From NCBI GenBank assembly GCA_045604705.1, contig JAZUOO010000021.1, positions 3,410 to 67,409 of the forward strand: a stretch of 64,000 bases of DNA. The letters are read 5' to 3'. This stretch comes from Eubacteriales bacterium (lineage in GTDB: Bacteria; Bacillota; Clostridia; Oscillospirales; CAG-382). The notes beneath the pieces were generated by a model that saw only the letters and a list, made by a program, of their open reading frames with translations, was not told where the DNA came from and searched no databases. Within the stretch, counting starts at the first letter, position 1. The number at the start of each line of letters is the position of its first letter. Below are positions 9,785 to 20,676 of this stretch, one piece after another. A program made the position numbers and the translations under genes.

Positions 9785-11695
9785 TCATGCAGCTTCCGCT
9801 TCGCTGTCGCTTTTTTCTTCCCTGAGAATTTTGAATATTTCGTTTATGTCGTGAAGTGAGAGTCTTCCGTCGTTGTCAATATCGTTTTCGGATTTCACTG
9901 CTTCAATATCTTCGCCGAGATCCTCCTTGACGGTTTCTTTAAACTCATTCGAGCTTGCACCACCAATGAATTTGAGTATGTCCACAAGATACTTGTGAAC
10001 TTTTTCACCGTCATCCTTGCTGTAGGAATCGGTTACAGTGCTCTGATACATAGCACATTCTTCGCATACCGTTTCCTTTTTTCCCTTTGTGGCAAATGTA
10101 GGCTTGCGAAGAATATTCTCTTTTATTTTTCCTTTGTTTTTTTCTTCACTATGAATGTCATCAAAGTCAACACGAACGTCGATGTCTCTTTCAACACCAC
10201 TCTCGCCCGGGTCACTTGCGATGAAGTAGTCAATTTCAATACGGTATCTATCCTTGCCTTCTCCGTACCAGCCGCTGTTGTTATTGCTGTCGGGAGTGTC
10301 AATGTGAGTATAGAACGGCTCATGCTCCCAGAATTTTCCGTCAAGGCTTGTTCCGAAACGATAGATATATCCGTCTTTATCTCCGAAGTGGGAATCCTCT
10401 TTCGCAATTTTTTTAATCAGGGTATTATGAGCACCGTTGGGAAATACATAACGCACCTCTGTAGGAGTGTTGTAAATAAGAACTCCGTCTATAAGTGAAA
10501 GACCTGAGAAATTTCCCGGATAGAAGCTAGTTGTTCCCGGAACATACCAAAGATCGTTGAATGTGACAACATTTCTTTCCAAGCTATCCTTTTTTGAACG
10601 GGCAACAATGGCGGAGGTATGGACGCTTTGATTGTAAGCGGTATAGTAATAATTCTCATTGTCAAAAACAATAGGTGCGCTACCAGCAAAAACGAATCCG
10701 TCATCATTTTCTTCAGCCATGTGTCCCCAGAAAGCATCAGCATAGGATTCTTCGCAAACTATTCCGTCTTCGTTGGAAAAAGCATAGTGGAACAGGGGGG
10801 CTCCGCCGTTGCCGTAACCGTAAATATCGGCACTTGCAAAGTCTTCGTCGCCCACGAGAAAATAATCATGGCTTACATGTCCGGGTGTGTTTGGAGTCGG
10901 GTCATCCCACGTTGCATCCACGTGATACCACTCACCGTCAATTTTTACTGTGTTCCACACATGATTCATTTGTTCGCTTGAAGAATACTTTGATTCAACG
11001 CCGCAAAGACCGAGAACATATTTGTAGAGCTTTGAATATGATTCACAAACACCCTTACCCTCTTTCATAAAGCGATAAGCATCATGAATTATAAGGGAAG
11101 TGTCGTATTCATAATTAATAACGATATAATCATGCAGAAGAATAGCCTTTTCAAGAGCGGAATCTGCATTTTCATTTACATATTCGGCGATTTCACCGGT
11201 AAGCTTTTTGAAATCTTTCTTTGCAACATCTATTTCCGGTTTAGACATGGTATAATCCGGATATAACTCAGATATGTAATATGTTCCGTTTTGGGGCAGT
11301 ACGTATCCGCATCCGTAACCGTTTGTTATATAGAACAGTTCGGGATGCTGATCAACAAAACCTCTGAAAATATCGGCAAACTGCGACGTATAAGCAAATT
11401 CGTCGTTTTCGTCGTAATTGCTTTCGTCAATTGTGAAACAAAAATCATCCTCATCAAAGTGGATAACAGTATCTGCATTTTCAAGTCCTTCAAGAAGCTT
11501 CGTGTAACCCTCTTCATAATTATTATCAGACATCAGTGAAGCGGAATCATGAATAATAGCTTCGTGATAAAAAGACCCGATGGGTTGGACAACAGATTCT
11601 CCGACGAGTATTTCACTTCCGTCTGCCTCTGCGGCAAACACCGTTCCTGTTAACATCAGTGCCGATAATGCGGCAGCTAAAAAATATTTTTTCAT
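9785..11695 (-). CDS. Secreted transglutaminase-like cysteine protease-fold protein with a dockerin/EF-hand-like C-terminal motif
   Basis: Signal peptide MKKYFLAAALSALMLTGTVFA. Transglutaminase core Cys/His/Asp context (GKGVCESYS..NHVWN..YHVDATWDD). C-terminal DIDNDGRLSLHDINEIF. Start moved to the second Met. Confidence 0.75.
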   Translation of the reverse strand: MKKYFLAAALSALMLTGTVFAAEADGSEILVGESVVQPIGSFYHEAIIHDSASLMSDNNYEEGYTKLLEGLENADTVIHFDEDDFCFTIDESNYDENDEFAYTSQFADIFRGFVDQHPELFYITNGYGCGYVLPQNGTYYISELYPDYTMSKPEIDVAKKDFKKLTGEIAEYVNENADSALEKAILLHDYIVINYEYDTSLIIHDAYRFMKEGKGVCESYSKLYKYVLGLCGVESKYSSSEQMNHVWNTVKIDGEWYHVDATWDDPTPNTPGHVSHDYFLVGDEDFASADIYGYGNGGAPLFHYAFSNEDGIVCEESYADAFWGHMAEENDDGFVFAGSAPIVFDNENYYYTAYNQSVHTSAIVARSKKDSLERNVVTFNDLWYVPGTTSFYPGNFSGLSLIDGVLIYNTPTEVRYVFPNGAHNTLIKKIAKEDSHFGDKDGYIYRFGTSLDGKFWEHEPFYTHIDTPDSNNNSGWYGEGKDRYRIEIDYFIASDPGESGVERDIDVRVDFDDIHSEEKNKGKIKENILRKPTFATKGKKETVCEECAMYQSTVTDSYSKDDGEKVHKYLVDILKFIGGASSNEFKETVKEDLGEDIEAVKSENDIDNDGRLSLHDINEIFKILREEKSDSEAEAA

Positions 11696-11848
11696 GCAAA
11701 TTATTCCTTTCGCGGATACCAAAATATCCATCAGTATACACTATACATTTTATACCACCACTGATCGAATGTCAACCTTTTTAAGGAAAATTTAATGATT
11801 AAACCAATAAGTATTATCTTTCTGTTAACTTTAGAAACTTTTTTCGGA

Positions 11849-13066
11849 TCAATACTCTCTCTGACAGTCTACCTTGAACACTCTGTAATCCGGAATATTG
11901 TCACACTTGGTAAATACTTCTCTGAACGCCTGCAGGTGTCCAAAGCCGTAGCCGTAGTTGGGGAACAAGAAGTGACCCTCCGACCACTCATTCCAGTTGT
12001 CAAGCACAAAATGTTTTCTTCCGATGCTGTCCTTTGGAAGTGTGTCAATAAGCTCCTTTGCTCCAACAAGCAGACGCTTCCATTGCTCAGGTGTCAGCTC
12101 CCACTCCCATATGCCCTTTACCGGGTCAAGACCGAATATCTTGTGCCAGGGGCCTCTTGACCACATTACGCTTGCTGTGTACATAAAGAATTCAGGATAT
12201 TTTTCTATTCTGTTCTTTATGCATTCAAGCTGATAATCTACGATAATATCTCCGGGAATCTTGAGCGTTTTTAGATAGTCCTCCTGCTGCTGTTTTGACA
12301 GTAAATCCTTGTTGTAGTGCCAGCAGTACTGATGAGCGAAGTCATATCCTTTAGAAATCATATTCTCGGTATAAGAAAATTCTTCGGTACCGTGCTCTGC
12401 CTGATAGGAAATGTTGCTCTTGTTCCAGCCGTTATCCATACAGCCTATCATTATGCCGGGGAAGCCGTACTTCTTTATTTCCTCGTGCATAACGGACAAG
12501 GCTTCTTTCGTCTTTTCGTGTCCTCCGAGAGCTTTTTCGAGATTATCTTGCGAATAAATATAAAGCACGGGCTTGCCGTCTATCTTTTGATATGTGGGGA
12601 GCTTGAAATAATTCTCAACCCAGAAAGGCATGAGATTGTCCGTGATGTCCGCAATATCTGTGGCAGCACCCCATTTTTCGTCACATTCCCACATGATTGC
12701 AAAGTCCATATAATCTCTGTAGCGGCAGTTGAAATATGCCTCGTGGATTGCGTGATTAAATCTGAGGTTTTTCACGGTGACGGGTTTTCCGCGATTGTCG
12801 CTGTAACGGTACCAGCAGTGAATAAAACAGTTGATACCGTGCTCAACAGCCCACTTTATTTGCCAGTCCATGACAACAGGGTCTGATTCATCGTAATAAC
12901 CTATAATCGGTGTTCTTTCGGGGAACGTTCTTAAATCCTCAAAGCCGTTGTGGATGTCTGCGGCTCCCTTTTTCCAGCCCGGATAATAGTGGCAGGCGAC
13001 ATAATAATCACTTTTTACGGGTTTGGGTACGGGAACATAACTTTCAATTCTGTTCATCTTTTGCAC
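11849..13066 (-). CDS. GH99-like / WbsX-like glycoside-hydrolase-fold protein (assignment tentative)
   Basis: Pattern HYYPGW..PER.P.IGYYDESDP.V.DWQIKWAVEHGINCFIHCWY resembles the WbsX/GH99-like family, recalled from memory. No signal peptide. Confidence 0.55.
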   Translation of the reverse strand: MQKMNRIESYVPVPKPVKSDYYVACHYYPGWKKGAADIHNGFEDLRTFPERTPIIGYYDESDPVVMDWQIKWAVEHGINCFIHCWYRYSDNRGKPVTVKNLRFNHAIHEAYFNCRYRDYMDFAIMWECDEKWGAATDIADITDNLMPFWVENYFKLPTYQKIDGKPVLYIYSQDNLEKALGGHEKTKEALSVMHEEIKKYGFPGIMIGCMDNGWNKSNISYQAEHGTEEFSYTENMISKGYDFAHQYCWHYNKDLLSKQQQEDYLKTLKIPGDIIVDYQLECIKNRIEKYPEFFMYTASVMWSRGPWHKIFGLDPVKGIWEWELTPEQWKRLLVGAKELIDTLPKDSIGRKHFVLDNWNEWSEGHFLFPNYGYGFGHLQAFREVFTKCDNIPDYRVFKVDCQREY

Positions 13067-13280
13067 TCCTTTATATATAATTATTAATATTTCCGCAAGG
13101 AAACACCATAGCGAGCAGACATAAGTTCCATTCAGTGATTGTCGCTGCTCACATTTTTCCTTTTAGAAAAAAAGTATTGCATTTTTGTAACATCTGTATT
13201 ATAATTGTAAAAAAGAGCAAAAAGGTATAAAAAAAGCTACAGATTTTATAAAATCAGCTACAGATGAAAGGTGATTTGTA

Positions 13281-14087
13281 TTGGAACAAGTGAATATTGA
13301 CAGACTCACAGGATTTTACTACCACAAATTCAACGAAGGCTACACTTTTGAAGGTCACACCCACTCCGCATGGGAGATAAACATAATAACAGCCGGCAAA
13401 ATGAGCGTAACCTACGGCGACAGTGTAATGACCCTCTCAGAGGGCGACTTTTTCGTTGGTGAACCATGGGGCTTTCACTGTAACCGTGCCATTGGTAAGG
13501 ACGCTGAAATGGCGGTGATTCATTTTGAAAACACAGACGCCTCTACGGGGAACCGGAACGGCTATTCGGTAAGGACGCTTACGCAGGACGAATTCTCCAT
13601 AGCCCGTCTTATGCTTGCAGAGCTTTTGCGCCGAAGATATGATGACGGAGCACTGGGTGAGGACACCCGCGAGGAATACACCAACGCCCGTAAGCTGTGC
13701 GAGGTTCTCGTATCAAGAGTTATGGGAGCGAGCAAGATAGAACTTGAAAACAGTTCTCCGAAGGTCATTCTGTACAGAGCAGCCGTAGAATACATGGAAA
13801 AAAACATCGGTGAAAAGCTGTCCATTGAGAAAATATCGAAGCATCTCCACATATCCCCCGCATTTCTGAAAAGTATCTTTCTTGAATTTACCGGCGGTGG
13901 GGTAATAAGCTACTTTACGCAAATGAAAATCCGCCTTGCAAAAAAAATGCTTGAACGCGGCAAAAGCATCTCTATAGTCAGCGATACTCTGGGCTTTTCA
14001 TCCCAATGCTATTTCTCATCTGTTTTCGGCAAAATTGTGGGCGACACTCCTAAAAATTATCAAAAATGTCATTCCTCAAAGGAATAA
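13281..14087 (+). CDS. AraC-family transcriptional regulator
   Basis: Cupin-like N-terminus (HTHSAWEINIITAGKMSV) and a C-terminal AraC HTH (SIVSDTLGFSSQCYFSSVFGKIVGDTPKNY). TTG start as given in the ORF track. Confidence 0.8.
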   Translation: MEQVNIDRLTGFYYHKFNEGYTFEGHTHSAWEINIITAGKMSVTYGDSVMTLSEGDFFVGEPWGFHCNRAIGKDAEMAVIHFENTDASTGNRNGYSVRTLTQDEFSIARLMLAELLRRRYDDGALGEDTREEYTNARKLCEVLVSRVMGASKIELENSSPKVILYRAAVEYMEKNIGEKLSIEKISKHLHISPAFLKSIFLEFTGGGVISYFTQMKIRLAKKMLERGKSISIVSDTLGFSSQCYFSSVFGKIVGDTPKNYQKCHSSKE

Positions 14088-14103
14088 TTATGCAATATTG
14101 CTA

Positions 14104-14132
14104 TTGATAAAATCATATATTTGGAGTATAAT
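14104..14132 (+). promoter_or_regulatory. Candidate murD promoter
   Basis: TTGATA, 17-nt spacer, TATAAT. Confidence 0.4.
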
Positions 14133-14230
14133 AAATATTTAGGTATAATGGTATAAATGTTAAAGAATAACTGAAAACAAAACTGTAATTACTTCTTTAT
14201 TTCATTGAAAGGTGAAAGGTAGCTTACTTT

Positions 14231-15694
14231 ATGAACGGTTATATCAACGAAAAGGCAATAATATATAAGGAGTTCCTGCAAGGCAAAAAAGCCACGGTGA
14301 TCGGTGCGGGCATAAGTAACATTCCCCTTATAGGATTTCTTCTTGACAACGGCTGCAAGGTAAATGTAAGGGATAAAAAGGAGAGGGAGGCTCTTTCCGA
14401 GACACTGGATATTGCTTCGCTTGAAAGCCGCGGTGTCACCTTTGGACTCGGCGAGGGGTATCTGCGTAACATGGACGCAGACATCATATACAAGACCCCC
14501 GGCGTAAGATACGACAACGTGGAAATAATCGAAGCCTATGACAGCGGTTCATACATCACAAGTGAAATGGAAGCATTTATATCCATCTGTCCCGCAAAGA
14601 TAATTGCCATAACAGGAAGCAACGGAAAGACCACAACAAGTACGCTGTGCGCAAAGCTCCTTGAAGCCTCGGGACACAGAGTATTCCTCGGCGGCAACAT
14701 CGGCAAACCGCTTTTGGCCCGGATTGATGAAATAACTCCGGATGATTTTGTTGTCCTTGAGCTCTCCAGCTTCCAGCTCCATACCATCAATAAGTTTGAA
14801 AATCCGGGGCTTCCCTTTGCGTTTATCAATTTCCCTGAATCTGCAATCATTACAAATATAAGTCCGAATCATCTTGACTGGCATATCTCCATGGAAGAGT
14901 ACGCCGAATCCAAAAGAGCAATTTTTGACTTTATGAAAAATGAAGGACGACTTGTCACCAATGCCGACTGTGCCATATCTTCGGGCTTCGCAAGGGACAC
15001 TTTGGACAGAGACATAGAGATTGTGTTGTTTTCAAAATCCGCTTCCGAAAAGGCTGGCATATTCTGCCGTGACGGTGAGATAATAAGAAAGATGGGCGGT
15101 AAAGAAGTAAAGCTTCTTGATGCCAATGAAATAATCATCCCGGGACTTCACAATGTGGAAAACTACATGGCGGCATATGCGGCAACAGAGCCTTATCTTA
15201 CCGAGGATGCTCTTTATAAAGTTGCAACCACTTTTACGGGTGTCAGCTACAGACTTGAGCTTTGCCGCGAAAAGGATGGCGTAAAATTCTACGACAGCTC
15301 CATAGATTCCTCACCCTCAAGAACTGAAGCCGCGCTTTCCGCATTTCCCGAGTCAATGAACAAAAAAATAAACATAATCCTCGGAGGCTATGATAAAAAG
15401 ATTCCCTTTGATACATCTTTCGGACAGGCGATAATAAAGAAAGTGAAACGTGCTTTTCTCTGCGGCGACACGGCAAAGAAGATACAGGAGGCCATTCTCA
15501 AGACTCCCGGCTTTAACGAAGATACAACAGAGCTTGTCATGTGCGATTCCTTTGATGAAGCGGTACAGGGTGCCTGCAGGGCTTCCGAAAGCGGCGAATG
15601 CGTACTTTTATCACCTGCTTGCGCTTCCTTTGATGCCTTTAAGAACTTTGAGGAGCGTGGTAAGAGGTTTAAGGAGATTGTGAACAATGTATAA
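14231..15694 (+). CDS. murD: UDP-N-acetylmuramoyl-L-alanine--D-glutamate ligase
   Basis: N-terminal Rossmann VIGAGISNIPL. Mur ligase P-loop ITGSNGKTTTS. C-terminal LLSPACASFDAFKNFEERGKRF. Confidence 0.9.
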   Translation: MNGYINEKAIIYKEFLQGKKATVIGAGISNIPLIGFLLDNGCKVNVRDKKEREALSETLDIASLESRGVTFGLGEGYLRNMDADIIYKTPGVRYDNVEIIEAYDSGSYITSEMEAFISICPAKIIAITGSNGKTTTSTLCAKLLEASGHRVFLGGNIGKPLLARIDEITPDDFVVLELSSFQLHTINKFENPGLPFAFINFPESAIITNISPNHLDWHISMEEYAESKRAIFDFMKNEGRLVTNADCAISSGFARDTLDRDIEIVLFSKSASEKAGIFCRDGEIIRKMGGKEVKLLDANEIIIPGLHNVENYMAAYAATEPYLTEDALYKVATTFTGVSYRLELCREKDGVKFYDSSIDSSPSRTEAALSAFPESMNKKINIILGGYDKKIPFDTSFGQAIIKKVKRAFLCGDTAKKIQEAILKTPGFNEDTTELVMCDSFDEAVQGACRASESGECVLLSPACASFDAFKNFEERGKRFKEIVNNV

Positions 15695-15829
15695 TGCAAA
15701 ATTCATGGATGTGGGAAGAATCCGAAGGATTCTTCTAAGACCGCTTGCGGTCTTTTTAATGCATAATTGAAGGTTCGCAATTTTCGTTTTGTTTGAATTG
15801 TAACTTATAAAAAACCTTGGAGCAGAATA

Positions 15830-16933
15830 ATGAAAACCGATATACTTGGAATTTTTGAAAAGCTTAAAAATATAATGACCGTCTCCGGCTACGAAACTTT
15901 GAATGCGGAAGCTGTAAGAGAAGTTGCACTTGAATGTACGGATTCCTTTTTTCAAAGCTCAGAAATAACAAAAAGCGGTAGTGTTATACTCTATCATAAA
16001 TCAAAAAAAGAAAAGGCAAGAACGCTGCTTCTTGATGCCCATATTGATACAATAGGTCTTACTGTAGCGGAAATTTGCGGTGAGGGCTTTATAAGATGTG
16101 CGCCTGTGGGAGGCATTGACAGAAGAATCCTCACAACAGCCCAGGTGGAAATTTTCGGCAAAGAAACAATAAGAGGACTTTTCGCCAGTGTTCCTCCGCA
16201 TCTTACAAACAAAAACGGTGAGAATACACTTCCGGATTTTGCGGATATGCTTGTTGATACGGGAAAGACGGACGAGGAGCTTCGCAACATAATATCCGTC
16301 GGTGATCCCGCTGTGTTTGTCGGTGAAACAAGAAAACTTCTCGGTGACAGGGTTGTATCGGCACATCTTGACGATAAGATATGCTGTGCGGCGATTCTTG
16401 CGGCGTGTGAAAGAGCGAAAAATCGAGATATTGACTGCAATGTTACGGTGCTTCTGTCCTCAGGTGAGGAAACAAGAGGCGGCGGTGCAAGAACGGCTTC
16501 CTTTATAACGGAGGCTGACGGAGCTGTATCCCTTGACGTAAATTTCGCCAAAGAAAAGGGTGTTCCCGACTACCAATGCTCAAAGCTCGGTGACGGTGCA
16601 ATGATTTCACGAAGTGCCGTAACGGACAGAAGAATGACGGATATTGTGGAAAAATGTGCGAAAAATGCCGGAATAAAGCACAAGATAATCGCAGAAGTTG
16701 ACGGTACGGGCACAAACGCAGATACAATTGAGGTTGCAAACAGAGGTACACCCTGTGCGGTGCTCTCGGTACCGATAAAATATATGCACACACCGGGAGA
16801 GGTTTTCTCGGTATTTGATGCGGAATGTGTTTCGGATATACTTCTTGAGGTTATGAAAAATTTCGATACAATATCAAGAGAAAAGGGTACGCTTCTCGGA
16901 GTAAGGGTGCTGAAAGGGGAAAATGAAATATGA
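15830..16933 (+). CDS. M42-family metallo-aminopeptidase (paralogue 1)
   Basis: LLLDAHIDTIGL, HLDDKICCAAIL and SSGEETRGGGA motifs of the M42/FrvX family. Confidence 0.85.
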   Translation: MKTDILGIFEKLKNIMTVSGYETLNAEAVREVALECTDSFFQSSEITKSGSVILYHKSKKEKARTLLLDAHIDTIGLTVAEICGEGFIRCAPVGGIDRRILTTAQVEIFGKETIRGLFASVPPHLTNKNGENTLPDFADMLVDTGKTDEELRNIISVGDPAVFVGETRKLLGDRVVSAHLDDKICCAAILAACERAKNRDIDCNVTVLLSSGEETRGGGARTASFITEADGAVSLDVNFAKEKGVPDYQCSKLGDGAMISRSAVTDRRMTDIVEKCAKNAGIKHKIIAEVDGTGTNADTIEVANRGTPCAVLSVPIKYMHTPGEVFSVFDAECVSDILLEVMKNFDTISREKGTLLGVRVLKGENEI

Positions 16934-17952
16934 CAGAGCTTCTTATGGCACTTTGTTCCTCCGACGGTGTTTCGGGAAATGAGCAAGGGCTTCTTGACAG
17001 TATTGCACATATGCTTCTTCCCTTTTCGGATAAGCTGTATTTTGACAGAAGCGGTAATCTTGTATGCTTCAAAAAGGGAAAGCAAGTGCCGAAAAAGAGG
17101 GTAGTCTTTGCCGCCCACGCAGACGAGGTGGGACTTGCAATAAAGCATATTGAGGACGACGGTACGCTATTGTTTACGGATATAGGTATTCTTGCATCCT
17201 CACTTCCCGCAAGGAGAGTACTGGTCGGCGAAGACAAATTGCCCGGTGTTATCGGAACAAAGCCCATACATCTTCTTCCGAAATCCGAACGTGAAAAGCA
17301 GATAAGCTATGATGAACTCTATATTGATATAGGTGCAGACTCAAAAGAACAGGCACAGCAGTATGTAAAGGTCGGCGACTACGTTTCTTTTGACAGCGAA
17401 TGTGTTATGCTCTCGGACAAGCTTCTTAAAGCAAAAGCCATAGATGACAGGGCAGGGTGTGCGGTGCTGATAAGTCTTATAAAGTCAGAGCTTGAATACG
17501 ACACATACTTTGTTTTTACAAGACGTGAAGAGCTTGGGACTCTCGGTGCAATATCTGCGGCGAACAGCCTACAGCCGGATATATGTGTTGTTTGCGAAGC
17601 CACAACTGCATCCGATATATTTGGCACACCCGATATGAAAAAAGTTGTAAAACTCGGCGGTGGTGTGGCACTCCCTTTTATGGATGGCGGTACGCTCTAT
17701 ACGAAACGACTCCTGAATATCGCAACCACACTTGCCGATGAAAAGGGGATAAAATGGCAGACCAAAACAATGGTAGCCGGCGGTACGGATGCAAGGAGCT
17801 TCCAGCGTGAGGGACACGGCTGTGAGGTTCTTGGTGTTGCATTGCCCACAAGATACATCCACAGCTCTGCGGGGGTATGTAATCTTGATGATTTCAAGGC
17901 TCAGCTTGACATTTGCCGCGAACTTTCAAAAGTGCTCGGAGGAATTGAATGA
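16930..17952 (+). CDS. M42-family metallo-aminopeptidase (paralogue 2)
   Basis: VVFAAHADEVGL, AIDDRAGCAVL and FTRREELGTLGA motifs. ATGA overlap with the upstream gene. Confidence 0.85.
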   Translation: MTELLMALCSSDGVSGNEQGLLDSIAHMLLPFSDKLYFDRSGNLVCFKKGKQVPKKRVVFAAHADEVGLAIKHIEDDGTLLFTDIGILASSLPARRVLVGEDKLPGVIGTKPIHLLPKSEREKQISYDELYIDIGADSKEQAQQYVKVGDYVSFDSECVMLSDKLLKAKAIDDRAGCAVLISLIKSELEYDTYFVFTRREELGTLGAISAANSLQPDICVVCEATTASDIFGTPDMKKVVKLGGGVALPFMDGGTLYTKRLLNIATTLADEKGIKWQTKTMVAGGTDARSFQREGHGCEVLGVALPTRYIHSSAGVCNLDDFKAQLDICRELSKVLGGIE

Positions 17953-18944
17953 TGATTGAAGTATTGAAAAAACTAAGTGAAATTCCCACAGCCCCCGGAA
18001 TGGAAAAAGGAATACTCGCCCACATACAGGAAAACTATGCAAAAGACTCGGAATATTTCTTTGACGGCATGGGAAATCTGACAATATCGAAAAAGTGCGG
18101 TAAGGAAAATGCAAAAAAAATAATGCTGTGTGCCAAAGCCGATACCGACGGATTTATTGTGAATTACATTGAAGAAAACGGATACCTCAGAGTTACAAAG
18201 CTTGGCTTACCGGCTATGGTTTCATGTGCGTTCACACAGCTTATTTCGGATAAAGGTATCTGCGGCTTTATTGTTCCCGAAAAGGGTGCAGAGGTCAAAG
18301 AAGCGGATACGTCAAAGCTGTATGTTGACATCGGAGCAAAATCGAGGCAGGAAGCTGAAAAGCTTGTGAAGCTTGGCGATATATTTGCAAGAATTCCGAC
18401 ACTTACAGAACTTTGCGGCACAAGAATCGGCGGAAGCTGTGCGGCATCAAGAGCTCCCATGGCGATTTTGCTTGACATTCTTGCAAATGAAAGCTTTGAT
18501 AATATTGACCTTCACTTCTGCTTTAATGTACAAGAGTCCCTTGCACACAGAGGCTCTAAAACCGCAGCATTTGATATATCTCCCGACCTCTGTATTTACA
18601 TTGACACTTGTGAGAGCTTTGATACAATCGGAGCGAACAAAAGGGGAGAAGCGATTCTCGGCGACGGTGCGGTAATATTTGCAAAGGCAAGTGACTTTTG
18701 TGCAAATCCTGCTTTGCGTGAAAAAGCGGAGAATGCGGCGAAAGCTGCTAATATCACATACAAAACCTGTGTTTATCCCGAAAAAACAACCGGTGCGGCA
18801 CTCATTGCAGCTTGCGGCAAGGGTGTGCCGTGTATAGCTCTTGCAATTCCTGCAAGAAATATCGGAAGCGGTGCGGAAATATTTGATACCAATGATGCGG
18901 AAAACGTAAAGCAGCTTATCCTTGAAGCAATAAAGACTTTTTGA
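17949..18944 (+). CDS. M42-family peptidase-like protein (paralogue 3, divergent)
   Basis: Collinear with the two upstream M42 genes (IMLCAKADTDGF..). Some metal-ligand positions look altered. ATGA overlap. Confidence 0.75.
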   Translation: MMIEVLKKLSEIPTAPGMEKGILAHIQENYAKDSEYFFDGMGNLTISKKCGKENAKKIMLCAKADTDGFIVNYIEENGYLRVTKLGLPAMVSCAFTQLISDKGICGFIVPEKGAEVKEADTSKLYVDIGAKSRQEAEKLVKLGDIFARIPTLTELCGTRIGGSCAASRAPMAILLDILANESFDNIDLHFCFNVQESLAHRGSKTAAFDISPDLCIYIDTCESFDTIGANKRGEAILGDGAVIFAKASDFCANPALREKAENAAKAANITYKTCVYPEKTTGAALIAACGKGVPCIALAIPARNIGSGAEIFDTNDAENVKQLILEAIKTF

Positions 18945-19001
18945 GTAAAAGCCTGAAAAAATGGTTTGCAGTCAGATAATCAGAAAGGAATAGTTATAAA
19001 A

Positions 19002-20255
19002 ATGGAAATTTTGGAACTTATAGAGAAAAGTGAAAAAGAACTCAAGGAAAGCGGTACCTTTGAAAAGCTCGAAGCTGTTGCCTTCAAGAATCAGATAAAG
19101 GTAATGGACGCTTTCAGAAAGTACAAGGTGTCGGAAGCCCACTTCGCAGGTACAACGGGCTACGGCTACGACGATATGGGCAGAGATACCCTTGACAAGG
19201 TGTATGCCGATGTGTTTGAGTGTGAAGCGGCATTTGTACGTCACAATATTATCTCGGGCACACACTGTCTGACAATAGGACTTTTTGGACTTCTTCGTCC
19301 CGGTGATACACTTCTTTCGGCTACGGGCAAGCCCTATGATACGCTTGAAGAGGTAATTGGTATCAGAGGTGAAAAGGGCAATGGTTCTCTTGCGGATTTT
19401 GGTGTAAAATACGATGAAATAGACTACAACGGTGATGATATTGACCTTGATGCTCTTGGAAAGAAACTGCGTTCAGATGACAGTATAAAGGTTGTATTCA
19501 TTCAGCGTTCAAAGGGATATTCCGTAAGAAAAACTCTATCTTCAGAGGAAATAGGCAAGGCGGCACAGCTTGTACACTCGATAAAGCCTGATGTATTTGT
19601 GGCTGTGGATAACTGCTACGGTGAATTCTGCGATGAGCACGAGCCCACATTCTGGGGTGTTGACATTTGCATGGGTTCTCTTATAAAGAATCCGGGCGGC
19701 GGAATGGCGGACTGCGGAGGTTATATTGCAGGAACGGCAAGAGCTGTTGAGCTTTGTTCCTACAGACTCACCTCTCCCGGTGTAGGGCTTGAAGCGGGAG
19801 CAAGTCTTTACGGCAACACAAGAAATATGTTCAAGGGTATTTTCTATGCACCACACACGGTATGCGAGGCACTTAAAACTGCTGCACTGTGTGCAAAAGT
19901 CTTTGAAAATCTCGGATTTACTGTTTATCCTGCCCCGGAAGCTGAAAGACATTGCCTTATCCAGACAGTGAGCCTTGAAACAAGAGAAAAACTCCTCGCA
20001 TTCTGTAAAGGTATCCAAAGCGGTGCTCCGGTAGACTCCCACGTTACTCCCGAACCATGGGATATGCCCGGTTATGCAGTTCCGGTAATCATGGCGGCAG
20101 GAGCATTTGTCGGCGGAGCCTCCATTGAACTTTCTGCGGATGCTCCATGTGTTTCTCCATACACCGTCTATATGCAGGGAGGTCTTACATATCAGAGTGG
20201 AAAATTGGGTGTTCTTTATGCGGCGCTCGAAGTAGAGAATGCAATTAAAAATTAA
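19002..20255 (+). CDS. YnbB-like PLP-dependent enzyme (methionine gamma-lyase-family fold, aluminium-resistance type)
   Basis: N-terminal KVSEAHFAGTTGYGYDDMGRDTLDKVYADVF and the PLP-lysine context FIQRSKGYS. Confidence 0.8.
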   Translation: MEILELIEKSEKELKESGTFEKLEAVAFKNQIKVMDAFRKYKVSEAHFAGTTGYGYDDMGRDTLDKVYADVFECEAAFVRHNIISGTHCLTIGLFGLLRPGDTLLSATGKPYDTLEEVIGIRGEKGNGSLADFGVKYDEIDYNGDDIDLDALGKKLRSDDSIKVVFIQRSKGYSVRKTLSSEEIGKAAQLVHSIKPDVFVAVDNCYGEFCDEHEPTFWGVDICMGSLIKNPGGGMADCGGYIAGTARAVELCSYRLTSPGVGLEAGASLYGNTRNMFKGIFYAPHTVCEALKTAALCAKVFENLGFTVYPAPEAERHCLIQTVSLETREKLLAFCKGIQSGAPVDSHVTPEPWDMPGYAVPVIMAAGAFVGGASIELSADAPCVSPYTVYMQGGLTYQSGKLGVLYAALEVENAIKN

Positions 20256-20389
20256 AAACATACAATTGAGGATACAGGTCATAGGAATCAGTGAACAGGG
20301 AACGAATAATTCGCTTTTAAATTTACAGTCAATTCAAAAGAAAACTAAGTTTTCTATATTACCTAAACTCTAAAAGCAAGGAGATCAAT

Positions 20390-20676
20390 ATGTGGGAAAA
20401 CAAACCGTGTCTTGCAGTACATTATGACAGTCCCGATGTATGTGAGCAGATAAGCTGTTTCGTGAAGTCGGCTTTGATTGTTTCTTGTCGGTTACGATGA
20501 TAAGCTCGTGCAGAACCGTGGAATCGCGGGAAATGCGGAATGTACTGTCAGTCATTTCATATAGTGGAAGTGGATTTTTCGACGTATAAGGGACAGACCG
20601 TTACTCTCACCTGCCTTGCATTCGATTCCGAACAGAAGCCGTGCGCAAGCAGAAGTATAAAAGTTAAGATTGAATG
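20390..20676 (+). pseudogene. Decayed gene fragments (frameshifted short ORFs)
   Basis: AAGGAG-ATG at about 20390 opens only a 36-codon ORF. Another frame reads a protein-like tail VEVDFSTYKGQTVTLTCLAFDSEQKPCASRSIKVKIE. No ORF of 60 aa or more lies between 20283 and 21080. Confidence 0.3.

Noticed and set aside
15830-18944. Three consecutive M42 peptidase paralogues, considered as an unusual system.
   Set aside because: Tandem M42 (FrvX/YsdC-type) triplets with overlapping stop/start codons are a common arrangement in Firmicutes, as far as I recall. This is ordinary.
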